Of a stretch of 64,000 nt of DNA, positions 29,520 through 39,738 are shown one piece after another (within the stretch, counting starts at the first letter, position 1; each line of letters starts with the position of its first letter). The position numbers and the translations under genes are program-made. The stretch covers positions 672,001 to 736,000 of the forward strand of contig OY759316.1 of assembly GCA_963662275.1 (NCBI GenBank). Direction: 5' to 3'. This DNA is from Candidatus Cloacimonadales bacterium. GTDB lineage: Bacteria; Cloacimonadota; Cloacimonadia; Cloacimonadales; DAONDQ01. The notes below the pieces were generated by a model. The model made no database searches. It worked only from the letters and a program-made list of their open reading frames with translations, and had not been told where the DNA came from.

Positions 29520-31034
29520 TCATAAGTCATGTCCGCAATAGGATAAATTAAAGCTTTTATTACAGAGAGGAAAGTCTGATATTTGCTGATTACGAAGGGA
29601 TAAAGCCAATCCAAACCAGTTATGGAATGAAGGATCGGTTACCTTGTAGTGTTTCAGATTACCAATGGAATCCGTCAAAGCAACATGGCAAATCTCTCCT
29701 CGCCAGCCTTCCACCATGGAGACTGAGATCATATTCGGCTTCGAAGAACCAATGATATTCATAATTGGTTCTGCTATTAATGCATCCAGGGCATGTTGAA
29801 TGAAAAGGATGGAATATTGTATTTCAAACCAGCGCATACTTGCCCTGGCATATACATCTCCACTTTGCATCGTGACTGTTGGAGATTCCAAAGACATATA
29901 GGCACCCCAGGGAAATTCAGTGCGAATATCGCAATTCACGTTACTAGCTCGAGCTGCTACCCCAACAAGACCAATATTGACAGCATCTTCCGTTGAAACC
30001 GTTCCTGTTCCTTCAAAACGAGCCATGACTGTCGGCGTATCCCATAACAGGTTGATCGCATCTTTGACATCATCATAAATTATATTCAACCGAGTCTTTA
30101 GCTCATTGATAATTTCTAAAGACATATCATACCGTACACCACCAGGTTGAATCAGATTTCTTCCAAACCGGTTTCCACACAGCATGGCAGTCAGGTTCAG
30201 AAAATCTCCACGCAAGCGTCCGCAATATGATGCAGTTGGTAGAAAGCCCACATCGTTAGCTAATGCTCCCAGATCACCTGTATGGTTAGCCAATCTTTCC
30301 AATTCAAGAGCTATCGCCCTGATCAAGTTTGCCCGATGTGTAGGCATTGATCCGCTTAAAGCCTCCATATTCATGGAATAAGCAGTCGAATGACCTATTG
30401 TTGTATCTCCTGCCAATGTTTCCATGAAATGAATAGAACGCAGATTCGGAGTTGCCAGTAATGCCTGTTCAATTCCCCTATGCTGATAACCAAGTTCGAT
30501 TTCCAGGTGTTTGACTATCTCGCCATAACACTGGAAGCGGAAGTGTCCCGGTTCAATGATTCCGGCATGCACGGGACCCACAGCTACTTCATGGATTTCT
30601 TCACCTTCCACCTTGAAATAATCAGTAACACCTGGTTCAATATTATCCATTTCACTTCGATTCCAGGCATCATGTCCTTTTCTGTATGATTGATGAAAAC
30701 GGATAGGTTTAAGCCAGGGATGTCCTTCAGGAAGAACCCCCCATTGTTCGGCTATTTCCCTTTCAAACCAATGTACTTGGGGAAGGTCTTTCGTGAGAGA
30801 CGGATATGAATCTTTGACTCTAGTGCGGTATATCTCCAGATTACCTAAAGGAAAATTAGCCAGAACTGAGATCAGTACTATTTCATCCCTTTCAGGCATA
30901 CCGAAGAATGATGATACTCGTGATCCTTTGTTTACAACTTCAATCATAATCTGACGAAAATCATGCATTGATAATTCTGGAACTTCAGAATAGGGAATTG
31001 CCTGCCCATTATACAAATGAGGATGATTCTTCAA
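29520..31034 (-). CDS. hyfG: Ehr large subunit (HyfG/HycE-like NuoC-D fusion) without Ni-binding CxxC motifs
   Basis: WFEREIAE, VGPVHAGIIEPGHFRF and GYQHRGIE. The L1 position reads ETLAGDTTIGH and the L2 position reads KSFNLSYCGHDL. Confidence 0.85.
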   Translation of the reverse strand: MKNHPHLYNGQAIPYSEVPELSMHDFRQIMIEVVNKGSRVSSFFGMPERDEIVLISVLANFPLGNLEIYRTRVKDSYPSLTKDLPQVHWFEREIAEQWGVLPEGHPWLKPIRFHQSYRKGHDAWNRSEMDNIEPGVTDYFKVEGEEIHEVAVGPVHAGIIEPGHFRFQCYGEIVKHLEIELGYQHRGIEQALLATPNLRSIHFMETLAGDTTIGHSTAYSMNMEALSGSMPTHRANLIRAIALELERLANHTGDLGALANDVGFLPTASYCGRLRGDFLNLTAMLCGNRFGRNLIQPGGVRYDMSLEIINELKTRLNIIYDDVKDAINLLWDTPTVMARFEGTGTVSTEDAVNIGLVGVAARASNVNCDIRTEFPWGAYMSLESPTVTMQSGDVYARASMRWFEIQYSILFIQHALDALIAEPIMNIIGSSKPNMISVSMVEGWRGEICHVALTDSIGNLKHYKVTDPSFHNWFGLALSLRNQQISDFPLCNKSFNLSYCGHDL

Positions 31035-32497
31035 TTCATGCCTCCTTCAAAGAGAAGTGCTGCTTTGCGAATCATTTCATCCAACCAGCTAGGAACCCAA
31101 AGACCCATATTTAATGCCAGGATTGCAAGTAAAATCACGGGAACGATCATCACCCAAGTTTCCCGTCTTCTTCTCATGGATGCTTTTCCAAATACCATTG
31201 GCAATATCACATTCGTCATGCCGATAAATGCTAATATAAGAAAAACACTGAAAAGAATGCTGACAAGCCAGAGATGCTGACCAATACCCGCTCTCAATAT
31301 GGTGAATTCACTGATGAAAATACCAAAAGGTGGTGAACCTACAATTGCCAAATAGCCTACAAGCCAAAGAATAGCAGTGACTGGCATGACTTTGCTCAAT
31401 CCTTTCACATTAGCTGCTATCTTTGTATGAAACTTGGAATGAATATTACCGGCTGTCATAAAAAGTATTACTTTTACAATCGAGTGATTGATCATCTGCA
31501 GCAGTGCTCCGAACACACCCAATCCACCAATTCCTATACCCAAGGTCAATATCCCCATATGTTCAACACTGGAGTATGCCAACATACGTTTATAATCAGT
31601 CTGTCCAAGTAAAAAGACACTTGCCGTCCCGATTGAAACCAAACCAAATAACAAGAGAAGGCTTTGTCCAAAAGAAGCAATCCCGGCAGCATAGAATACT
31701 TGTTGAATGCGTAGTATCCCCAGGAATGCACAGTTCAACAGTGTTCCTGATAATAGTGCAGATATAGGTGAAGGTGCTTCGCTATGTGCATCAGGAAGCC
31801 AGGTATGCATTGGAGCTAAACCCATCTTTGTTCCGTAGCCTACAAGCATGAAAATCAATGCAAGTTCCAGCCATTTATGATTGAGAACTGATGCATTCTG
31901 CAGCAATGACAATAGTGTTATATCCTTTACTCCGGGAGGTAGCGATAAACCGATAAAGAAAATTCCTATCAAGGCTATAGCAATTCCGACGGAGCAAAGA
32001 ATCAGATATTTCCAGGCAGCTTCCAGGGAGCGTCTGTTCTGATGATAATAGATCAAGGGAGCGCTTGCCAGTGTGGTGGCTTCAATTGCCATCCACTGCA
32101 AGCCTAGATGCCTGCTTAGGATAGCCAAGCTCATGGATGCCAGGAAAAGCAGCATACTGCCGGTAAATACAGATTCAGGAGCATTATTCAGTAAACCTCC
32201 TGCTTCAGAATCAGGTCTTTGATCTGCTGGTTCTCTTGAAACATAGCCCAGTCCGTAAACGGATACAATCATAAACAGGAAACTGGTTAATGAAAGAAAC
32301 AAAGCACTGAGCGAATCCATGCCAATCCATTGTTCAGCCAGCAAATATTCAGTAAAATAAGCAGCTTTAATAGTAAGAACAAAATGAGCCACTGCTGTGA
32401 TCACCCACAATGATCGTCTAACACGGTCATTCTTGATAAAATATGCCAGGATACCAGTCAATACAGGGATGAGGATGATACATAAAAGCAGCATCAT
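31031..32497 (-). CDS. hyfF: HyfF-like proton-translocating membrane subunit
   Basis: EATTLASA, SLEAAWKY and GTKMGLAPMHTWLPDAHSEAP. Confidence 0.85.
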   Translation of the reverse strand: MMLLLCIILIPVLTGILAYFIKNDRVRRSLWVITAVAHFVLTIKAAYFTEYLLAEQWIGMDSLSALFLSLTSFLFMIVSVYGLGYVSREPADQRPDSEAGGLLNNAPESVFTGSMLLFLASMSLAILSRHLGLQWMAIEATTLASAPLIYYHQNRRSLEAAWKYLILCSVGIAIALIGIFFIGLSLPPGVKDITLLSLLQNASVLNHKWLELALIFMLVGYGTKMGLAPMHTWLPDAHSEAPSPISALLSGTLLNCAFLGILRIQQVFYAAGIASFGQSLLLLFGLVSIGTASVFLLGQTDYKRMLAYSSVEHMGILTLGIGIGGLGVFGALLQMINHSIVKVILFMTAGNIHSKFHTKIAANVKGLSKVMPVTAILWLVGYLAIVGSPPFGIFISEFTILRAGIGQHLWLVSILFSVFLILAFIGMTNVILPMVFGKASMRRRRETWVMIVPVILLAILALNMGLWVPSWLDEMIRKAALLFEGGMN

Positions 32498-33162
32498 GAT
32501 TCCCCTTCCTCATTTAGCTCCAGTACTGCAGGTACTTCAGATAATTCCGTGAAACGATCAACATCTGTATGCTGGAATTCACGATCAAGATGAAACAGCA
32601 TGTTACCCATCAGGAATACACCCACAAATACATCGAGTAGAATACCCAGTTCAACAATTAAGGGAAATTCAAGACTGATACTCACACCAAGTGCATACAC
32701 TCCGTTTTCTAATAAAAGATAGGCAAGTGTTTGCATAATGGCTTTGCGCCTGGAAATCATTAAAAACAAACCTACTAATATCAGGAATAATGCTGTTGCC
32801 GTCATCACAATGGATATATGTGACGGCAACTGCATTTGAATCGAAAGCCAAGCTGATAATCCTAATAAAACAACACCGATAAGAATGGAACCACTGAAAG
32901 AAACAATCGGGTGTTCTTCCCTCATAATACCAGTCTGTTTTAGAACAGTCTGCATCAGTAATGGAAGAATGATACCCTTAAATAGAATACCGCTTAACGC
33001 TAAAATCAATATAGCAACTGAGATATGCCCAACACTTCTCACCAGTGGCAGTAATCCCAGGAATATTCCTTGTATAGCTACTACTCTGATAGCTGTCCTG
33101 GGACGACTGGAACCTAGGATAAATAGACAGGATAGAATCAGGATAATCGATATCGTATTCAT
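32494..33162 (-). CDS. hyfE: HyfE-like membrane subunit
   Basis: Hydrophobic; LLENG and VELGILLDV motifs; operon position. Confidence 0.8.
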   Translation of the reverse strand: MNTISIILILSCLFILGSSRPRTAIRVVAIQGIFLGLLPLVRSVGHISVAILILALSGILFKGIILPLLMQTVLKQTGIMREEHPIVSFSGSILIGVVLLGLSAWLSIQMQLPSHISIVMTATALFLILVGLFLMISRRKAIMQTLAYLLLENGVYALGVSISLEFPLIVELGILLDVFVGVFLMGNMLFHLDREFQHTDVDRFTELSEVPAVLELNEEGES

Positions 33163-34082
33163 TGATAATACCCCAAAAGTTTGATCATCAGTGCAATCAA
33201 ACCTAAAGCAGCAGAGCTGATAAGCATGATGGGTATTTGCAGTAATTTAAAACGAGCCATGACTGATTCAACAATACCTATGATGACATTCACAAAAAAC
33301 ATGCCGATGATAAACACAGCAACTTGCTGCCAGAGAGCTTCAAACCTCAACGGCACTACCAAATTCACGAGTAGTCCGCTAAATATCCACAACTTGAGGG
33401 AAGAGGCATATTCAATATAGGCTAGATCCGGTCCGCTTGCATCAAGGATCATGACTTCATGAATCATAGTCAGTTCAAGATGAGTATTCGGATCATCGAC
33501 TGGAATACGTGAATTCTCAGTTAATAGAATAAAAAACCAGGCAAAGGAAACCATCACAAGTAATGCTGCGGAAGTCTGCCAATCAGTGATGGAAATACCA
33601 GAGGATATATCTGATAAACCAAGGCTGCCTGTATGAAGAATTAGCACAAGGAAGCCTAAAAATAAAGCCGGTTCAGCCAATGCAGCAAATTGTACTTCTC
33701 TGCTGGCTCCCATACCCTCAAATGCAGAACCGGTATCCAATGCCAGTAGAACAGTTGCAAACCTAGCCAAGCCAAGCAAGTAGATCAGCAGGATAAAATC
33801 TCCTGAAAAAGTAACAGGAGCAGACATTCCACCCCAGGGAAGTATCAGGGTTGCAAGAATTAGACATGTTAAAATTACTGAAGGAGCTAAGCGTGTTACT
33901 AAAGTCGTTGTTCTGCTATACACGCTTCCCTTCTGCAAGAGTTTAAATATGTCAAAATATAATTGAAAGACACTTGGTCCTTTCCTTCCTGCAAATATAG
34001 ACTTCACACGATTAATCACACCGAAAAGAAGCGGAGATAATATCCAGGCACATGCAGGAAAAATGAAAGATGAATAGTTCAT
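33159..34082 (-). CDS. hyfC: HyfC/HycD (NuoH-like) membrane subunit
   Basis: GRKGPSVFQ, GASRE and RIPVDDPNTHLELTMIHE; true start at MNYSS overlaps the hyfB stop (ATGA). Confidence 0.85.
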   Translation of the reverse strand: MNYSSFIFPACAWILSPLLFGVINRVKSIFAGRKGPSVFQLYFDIFKLLQKGSVYSRTTTLVTRLAPSVILTCLILATLILPWGGMSAPVTFSGDFILLIYLLGLARFATVLLALDTGSAFEGMGASREVQFAALAEPALFLGFLVLILHTGSLGLSDISSGISITDWQTSAALLVMVSFAWFFILLTENSRIPVDDPNTHLELTMIHEVMILDASGPDLAYIEYASSLKLWIFSGLLVNLVVPLRFEALWQQVAVFIIGMFFVNVIIGIVESVMARFKLLQIPIMLISSAALGLIALMIKLLGYYQ

Positions 34083-36064
34083 TGTGCAAATCCAACTTTC
34101 CAGATGAGAAGAATGATCAAAGTCAATGCAAGGTATAAAAGGTATCCGTGCAAATTGCCATGCTGTAACTTCCGAAAAGGAGAAATCCATTTAGCGACTA
34201 GCTTGAATAATGGTTCAAAAAGCTGTTTCTTCATCACATCAGGTGTATCAGTATGGAACGTGGATTTCGCAGGGAAATATCCTTCTATCTCCTTCCCTTC
34301 TTTCTTCGTACTTAAAACTATCTTGAATAAGCTTGCCAGGGGTTGTGCGTATGAGGAAGCAGTGTATTGCATGCGGGATGTAGGTTTAGCATATCCGCAA
34401 TCCCAAGTTCCTGTAATCCCAATTTGTTTGGCACGAGGCAAAGCCTTTCTGAATAAATATATTAAACCAGCTAGTAAAAAAACAGCTATAAAAAAGATAC
34501 TGATCTTGGTTAAAATGGTTATCATACCTAAAGTAGGATTCACAAAACCATAGACACTGCTGCTTGCCAGTGTTTGTACAGGTGGTAAGATCCAATTGAT
34601 GGTAAGAGGAGCAAAAAGACCGATTAATATACATGAAATGGCAAGAATTGCCATAGGATATTTCATCATCCCATCCACTTCATGTACATGTTCAGAATAT
34701 TCAATTCTTTGCTCTCCTAAGAAAATGATGCCAAATGCCTTGGTAAAGCAAGCAACAGCTAGACCACCAATTAATGCTAATCCAACTAGAACACATGCTG
34801 CCAGGATGATAGGACCCGGTAAGGCAGACTGGATACCGCTGATGCCTGCCAGGTAAATATAAAACTCACTGATAAAACCATTCAGGGGAGGCAATCCGGC
34901 AATGGCAGCAGAACCTATGAGGAAAGTTGTTCCTGTCCAACGCATACGTTTAATTAAACCACCCAATTGCTCAATGTCTCTTGTTCCGGTACTATGAGCT
35001 ACAGCTCCGGCACCGAAGAATAATAGGCTTTTAAAGATAGCATGATTCAGCACATGCAGCAATCCACCACCAAAGCCGAAAAGGATGAGGGCAGGAATAT
35101 TCCAGGATACTCCTAAAACACCTACACCAAGACCAATGGTGATGATACCGATGTTTTCCACACTGTGATAAGCGAGTAAACGTTTGATATCATGTTGTGC
35201 TAAGGCAAAAACAACTCCAAAAACACCGGATGTGATTCCGATCAGTACTAAAGCCCATCCCCAAAAGGCTGAAGGCGTTCCCAATAAAACCAGTACTCGT
35301 AAAATACCGTATATGCCTGTTTTAATCATCACACCGGACATTAAAGCTGAAATATGGCTCGGTGCAGCAGGATGCGCTTCCGGGAGCCAAATATGCAAAG
35401 GGATGAAACCAGCTTTCACACCAAATCCGAAGAGAGCTAAAAGAAATAAAATACCGCCTTGCCAGGCGATTGGATGCACAAGCGACATTTGATCGAACTG
35501 CATGGAACCGGCACTGCTTCCCAGCCAGGCAAAAAATATCAGCAAGGCTGCAGTTCCAATATGTGTAGCTACGAGATATGTCCAACCCGCTTCCCTCACT
35601 TTCGCATTTTCATGATCAAACATCACCAGGAAGAAGGAACTGACAGCCATTAGTTCCCAAACAATTAGAAACATCAGCCCATTCCTGGATACCATGAGCA
35701 GAAGCATACTAATAACCAGGATGCAATAGAAAAACCAGTGAGAAGATAATCTTCGCTTTTCTTGGGCTAGATATGATTTACCATACAGGATGGCTAATGG
35801 AGAAATGAGTAGGATGGGAATACAGAAAAATGCTGATAAAGCATCCATCCCAAAAGAAAGGGTTCCCCCAAACAGAGACCAATTGAAGTCGAGGGGTATT
35901 TGAGTATTACCACGTAAAGTATTAAAAACGGGCACAAATATGATTGCACTACCTAACCAAACACCAATAATAGAAGTTAGGGAATTGCTACGATTGTCTT
36001 CTAAAATAAGTGAAAATACCCCGCCGCAAAAGATAATGAAACACCCAGCTATAAATAAGAGCAT
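34079..36064 (-). CDS. hyfB: HyfB/HycC-like antiporter-type membrane subunit
   Basis: WELMAVSS, HIWLPEAHPAAP, LLAYHSVENIG and WDCGY. Confidence 0.85.
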   Translation of the reverse strand: MLLFIAGCFIIFCGGVFSLILEDNRSNSLTSIIGVWLGSAIIFVPVFNTLRGNTQIPLDFNWSLFGGTLSFGMDALSAFFCIPILLISPLAILYGKSYLAQEKRRLSSHWFFYCILVISMLLLMVSRNGLMFLIVWELMAVSSFFLVMFDHENAKVREAGWTYLVATHIGTAALLIFFAWLGSSAGSMQFDQMSLVHPIAWQGGILFLLALFGFGVKAGFIPLHIWLPEAHPAAPSHISALMSGVMIKTGIYGILRVLVLLGTPSAFWGWALVLIGITSGVFGVVFALAQHDIKRLLAYHSVENIGIITIGLGVGVLGVSWNIPALILFGFGGGLLHVLNHAIFKSLLFFGAGAVAHSTGTRDIEQLGGLIKRMRWTGTTFLIGSAAIAGLPPLNGFISEFYIYLAGISGIQSALPGPIILAACVLVGLALIGGLAVACFTKAFGIIFLGEQRIEYSEHVHEVDGMMKYPMAILAISCILIGLFAPLTINWILPPVQTLASSSVYGFVNPTLGMITILTKISIFFIAVFLLAGLIYLFRKALPRAKQIGITGTWDCGYAKPTSRMQYTASSYAQPLASLFKIVLSTKKEGKEIEGYFPAKSTFHTDTPDVMKKQLFEPLFKLVAKWISPFRKLQHGNLHGYLLYLALTLIILLIWKVGFAQ

Positions 36065-36065
36065 C

Positions 36066-36776
36066 TCAGCCTTTCAATTGTCCTTCACATAAACGTTCTT
36101 CAGCTTCCTGGAAGACTTGAAGAATAGTATCTTCTGAGGCTACAGAAATAATTGTCTCCTTGCAGTGTTGATCATGTAATAAACAAGCAAGTTTTGCCAA
36201 TATACGCAGATGTGTGCTGACATTTGGAGAGATGATGGAAAATAGTATATGCACAGGTTTTCCATCTAAAGCGCTATAATCAATCGGATTTTCCAGGAAT
36301 GCTAATGAGATTAAAGGCTGATTAACGTAACCTACCAGAGTACCGCTGGCATGGGGAATAGCAATGCCATTTCCGATTCCGGTGGAGTAAAGGTCTTCCC
36401 GTGCAAGGAACATTTGAAGTATGGGTTTCATTTCGGGAGAGGCAAGCCCTTTAACCAATTTCAAGGCATTATGCAGTACTTCACTTTTTGTGACTCCACC
36501 AACCTGGTAAAAGATTCCACCATGCTGCAGCATATTACTAACTGAAATATCAATATCTTTCTGGGGAAATTCAAAGCTGACTTTCCTGGTAAGTGCCAGT
36601 AGATTATCCACATCAACCAATTCTAAGTATATCTCATTCCCAAGTTTATGTGTATTGAGACGACCGCTGTCAATCCATTGGTAAACTTTCTTTTGTGAAA
36701 CACCTAGTCTGTCTGCTGCTTCTTTCACTGAAATCACGTGTCTACCTCCGTAGCTGATTAATTTGTTGATTGTCAT
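36066..36776 (-). CDS. Excisionase-type HTH fused to a PTS EIIA (Ntr/Fru-type) domain
   Basis: SVKEAADRLGVSQKKVYQWI (HTH_17); REDLYSTGIGNGIAIPHA with the phospho-His retained. Confidence 0.85.
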   Translation of the reverse strand: MTINKLISYGGRHVISVKEAADRLGVSQKKVYQWIDSGRLNTHKLGNEIYLELVDVDNLLALTRKVSFEFPQKDIDISVSNMLQHGGIFYQVGGVTKSEVLHNALKLVKGLASPEMKPILQMFLAREDLYSTGIGNGIAIPHASGTLVGYVNQPLISLAFLENPIDYSALDGKPVHILFSIISPNVSTHLRILAKLACLLHDQHCKETIISVASEDTILQVFQEAEERLCEGQLKG

Positions 36777-36842
36777 TTTTAGAATGATTATTTAAAATGT
36801 CAAAGAAAAGAGGTAATTATTCGTAATTAATGCAAAAAGAGG

Positions 36843-36972
36843 TTAGGTGCTAGGTGTTAGGTGCTAGGTGCTAGGTGTTAGGTGCTAGGTACTAGGTGTT
36901 AGGTTTTAGGTACTAGGTGTTAGGTGTTAGGTACTAGGTGTTAGGTGTTAGGTACTAGGTGTTAGGTGCTAG
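36843..36972. repeat. Heptamer tandem repeat TAGGT(GT/GC/AC/TT), ~18 units
   Basis: Directly visible. Confidence 0.95.
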
Positions 36973-37244
36973 TGGTTAGAGGATAGAGCTTTTTTATACA
37001 CCCCCTTTAAAATCAGGAGAACGCTAAAGAGAAATAAGCGGAACATGACTGAACTATCAACGAGAAAAGTCTCGATTATGCCTCGGTTATTATATAGGTG
37101 GCTTTCTTGTGACAAGAAAGAGTTAAGAGTGGGGAAAGAGGATGGGGATAAGTTAAAACTGTTAAAACAATTATGGATATATCGATAAAACACTTCAAAG
37201 GAAAATAAATACGTATTGAAAGAATATGAAGTTCGGAGAACGGA

Positions 37245-37284
37245 ATTCTGCTAGCCCAGGAAGGACTTCCTGGGCTAGCAGAAT
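37245..37284. repeat. Perfect palindrome (19-bp arms)
   Basis: ATTCTGCTAGCCCAGGAAG-GA-CTTCCTGGGCTAGCAGAAT. Confidence 0.85.
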
Positions 37285-37366
37285 GACATCCTACGGATTG
37301 AATTTAGGCAGAGTAGGGGCGCATGGCAATACGCCCTTCATTACTTATTCGGGTGTTAAATGAGGA

Positions 37367-37560
37367 TTTGGAGTTCAATTGCCCTTAATCGATTACCAAT
37401 GAATACCTGACTAAAAGGGAAAATGGACTGTATATGAAAGTTAAGAGTTTGGAGTTCAAATGCCCTAAACAAATTATTATTGAATACCTGATTAAAAGGG
37501 CATTCGGACTTCAAACTCGACCTTTCATCGTTGGTAGCGAAAACCTGTTTCTGAGAAGTT
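37367..37560 (+). repeat. MITE-like dispersed repeat, copy A
   Basis: TTGGAGTTCAAATGCCCT...AAAAGGGC..GGACTTCA...GCGAAAACCTGT; homologous to 38381-38620 (inverted) and 61337-61464. Confidence 0.8.
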
Positions 37561-38093
37561 CAAAGCCGATCTTTCATGTAAAGTTCGAATTTCAATTTAT
37601 CTGGATAATTTCCAAAGTCTCGAAGGAAATCTGAACTCTAAACCAGCAGAAGCCAGGGGAGTCCGAAACGCACGGGGTGAGGTGTTCAGGTCTGCTCTTT
37701 AAAACTTAATTAGCTTTAACCAATCGATAAAAAGTCTGCTATACAATTAAGTATGTTTCATCTAGGACTCATCTAGGCATTATCTAGGGATCATCTAGAC
37801 TTTGTTAGATTTTCCTAGGAAGATGCTGTATTCATATTCTTTTTCAACTTTTTTTGTATTGGAAGAGGAATCCTTGTGGCACACTCTTTGTACCTAAATG
37901 AGATACCAAACAGGTACTAGCCAGGAACTAGTCAGGTAGTAACCAGGTTCTAAAGTATTTTAGTTTTTGACTAGCTTCTGATTAGTAGGTTATTAGTTTT
38001 ACTTGTATTTGTCTTTCAAGGGCGGTTTGAAGAAGCCGGAAAGGGTAGAAGTGACATGAGACCAGAAGCTAGGAACTACGTGCAGATGGATAT

Positions 38094-38351
38094 TCACATT
38101 CTCTTTGCATATGCCTTCCAAGCCGGATGCTTGATCATTTCTGCTTTTGCAGTTTTCTCCGCGATCCCATATTCAAGTTTCATTGTTGTTATCATGTATT
38201 GTGTCATTCCTTTGAGTACATCATCGTAGCTTGTCAAATTACCCACTTGATCAGTACATTGAGTACAATATGGATTCAGCGGATTTTCTCCACCATACTG
38301 TTCAGTTGTTTCCATAGGCATTCCACAGCTTTTGCACGTTTGTGTGACCAT
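38094..38351 (-). CDS. Zinc-ribbon domain protein (Zn_ribbon_2 type)
   Basis: CKSCGMP...YCTQC...PAWK; GAGGAG RBS. Confidence 0.85.
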   Translation of the reverse strand: MVTQTCKSCGMPMETTEQYGGENPLNPYCTQCTDQVGNLTSYDDVLKGMTQYMITTMKLEYGIAEKTAKAEMIKHPAWKAYAKRM

Positions 38352-38380
38352 TAATTCTCCTCGTAATACTGTCAGTTTTT

Positions 38381-38620
38381 AAACTTCCCGGAAGACAGGT
38401 TTTCGCTGCCGATGATGAAAGGTCGATTATGAAGTCCACTTGCCCTTTTAATCATATGCTCATTTAAAATTAGCTAGGGCAAATGAACTCCAAAATCTTA
38501 GCTTTCATGCAAAATCCATTTGTCCTTTTAGTTAAGTATTCAATGATAATTTGTTAAGGGCATTTGAACTCCAAACTCTTGGCAATTATATGAACTCCAA
38601 AGCCATTGTTTTCATACAAA
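38381..38620 (-). repeat. MITE-like dispersed repeat, copy B (inverted relative to copy A)
   Basis: Reverse complement matches copy A unit by unit. Confidence 0.8.
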
Positions 38621-38755
38621 TTCATTAATAAGATAACGTAATAAAAACAGAAAACAATAAGCAATTTGCTGATGAAGATCAGATCGGAAATGACAACTCA
38701 CTTTTCGCTGGAATGACAGATCTCTTTCACTTTGTGTATAGTTTTTTTTAATATC

Positions 38756-39697
38756 CTAATCAAAATTCAGAGTTTTTTCGATGGAAACAGTATCTCCATG
38801 ATTCTGTCTTCGTCCCTGGTGCACAATGAGTTCTGCAAGAAGTCCGAGAGAGAAAAGCTGCAAACCGGCAAGAATGAGTAAAACACCCAGGAAGAGTAAA
38901 GGTCTGTTGGTTAGAGGCATACTAAAAAACAACTTGGCAATACTTAAATAGAGGGTAATGAGAAAACCAAGCAAGGTAAGTACAGTACCCAAGCCACCAA
39001 AAAAATATAAGGGGCTGCGAATGTACTGGGTGACAAGTTTCACAGTAAGCAGGTCAAAGAAACCTCTCAGGTAACGTTCAATTCCATATTTTGAAACACC
39101 ATGTTCACGGGAGCGGTGCTGTACAGGAATTTCCCCAACTTTGTAGCCTTTTGCATAAGCTAAAGCTGGAATATATCTATGCATTTCACCATAGACATCG
39201 ATGTTTTTGATTACTTCGCGTTTGTATGCTTTAAAACCACAATTATAATCATGCAGTTTCAATTTGAATGTATTTTGGGTTACTGAGTTGAATAACTTAG
39301 AAGGAATTCGCTTATGAAGAGGGTCGAGTCTCTTTTTCTTCCAGCCGGATACCATATCGTAGCCTTCTTCAATCTTTTTCAGAAAATTTGGTATTTCAAT
39401 AGGATTATCCTGTAAATCTGCATCCATTGTGAATACAATATCACCACTTGCTAATCGAAAACCGGTATTCAATCCGGCAGCCTTACCAAAGTTCTTTCGG
39501 AATTTGATGACTTTGACTTTCGGGTCATTAGAAGCTATTTTGCTTAAAACATCGAAACTTCCATCATTACTGCCATCATCAATAAAAATGATTTCATAAT
39601 CATGACCATTCAGGTTCTGTAGAATTTCTTTGTACAGAATTTCGATTGTGTCTTTTTCATTGAACAATGGAATTACAAAGGATAACAGCATAATCAT
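38756..39697 (-). CDS. Glycosyltransferase family 2 (polyprenol-phosphate glycosyltransferase, ArnC/DPM1-like) with 2 C-terminal TM helices
   Basis: SFVIPLFNE, IDDGSND, NFGKAAGL, MDADLQD and GEMHRYIP. Confidence 0.9.
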   Translation of the reverse strand: MIMLLSFVIPLFNEKDTIEILYKEILQNLNGHDYEIIFIDDGSNDGSFDVLSKIASNDPKVKVIKFRKNFGKAAGLNTGFRLASGDIVFTMDADLQDNPIEIPNFLKKIEEGYDMVSGWKKKRLDPLHKRIPSKLFNSVTQNTFKLKLHDYNCGFKAYKREVIKNIDVYGEMHRYIPALAYAKGYKVGEIPVQHRSREHGVSKYGIERYLRGFFDLLTVKLVTQYIRSPLYFFGGLGTVLTLLGFLITLYLSIAKLFFSMPLTNRPLLFLGVLLILAGLQLFSLGLLAELIVHQGRRQNHGDTVSIEKTLNFD

Positions 39698-39738
39698 TCC
39701 TCTTTCTAATTTCTTATACATTGAACTGGGAGTTACCC

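Noticed and set aside
29520..31034. True [NiFe] hydrogenase / formate hydrogenlyase
   Set aside because: Both Ni-binding CxxC motifs are missing
37367..37560. Repeat units as integron attC sites
   Set aside because: No RYYYAAC/GTTRRRY boxes, no cassette array and no integron integrase
37434..37634. 66-aa ORF
   Set aside because: Translation of the MITE-like repeat; no convincing RBS or family motif
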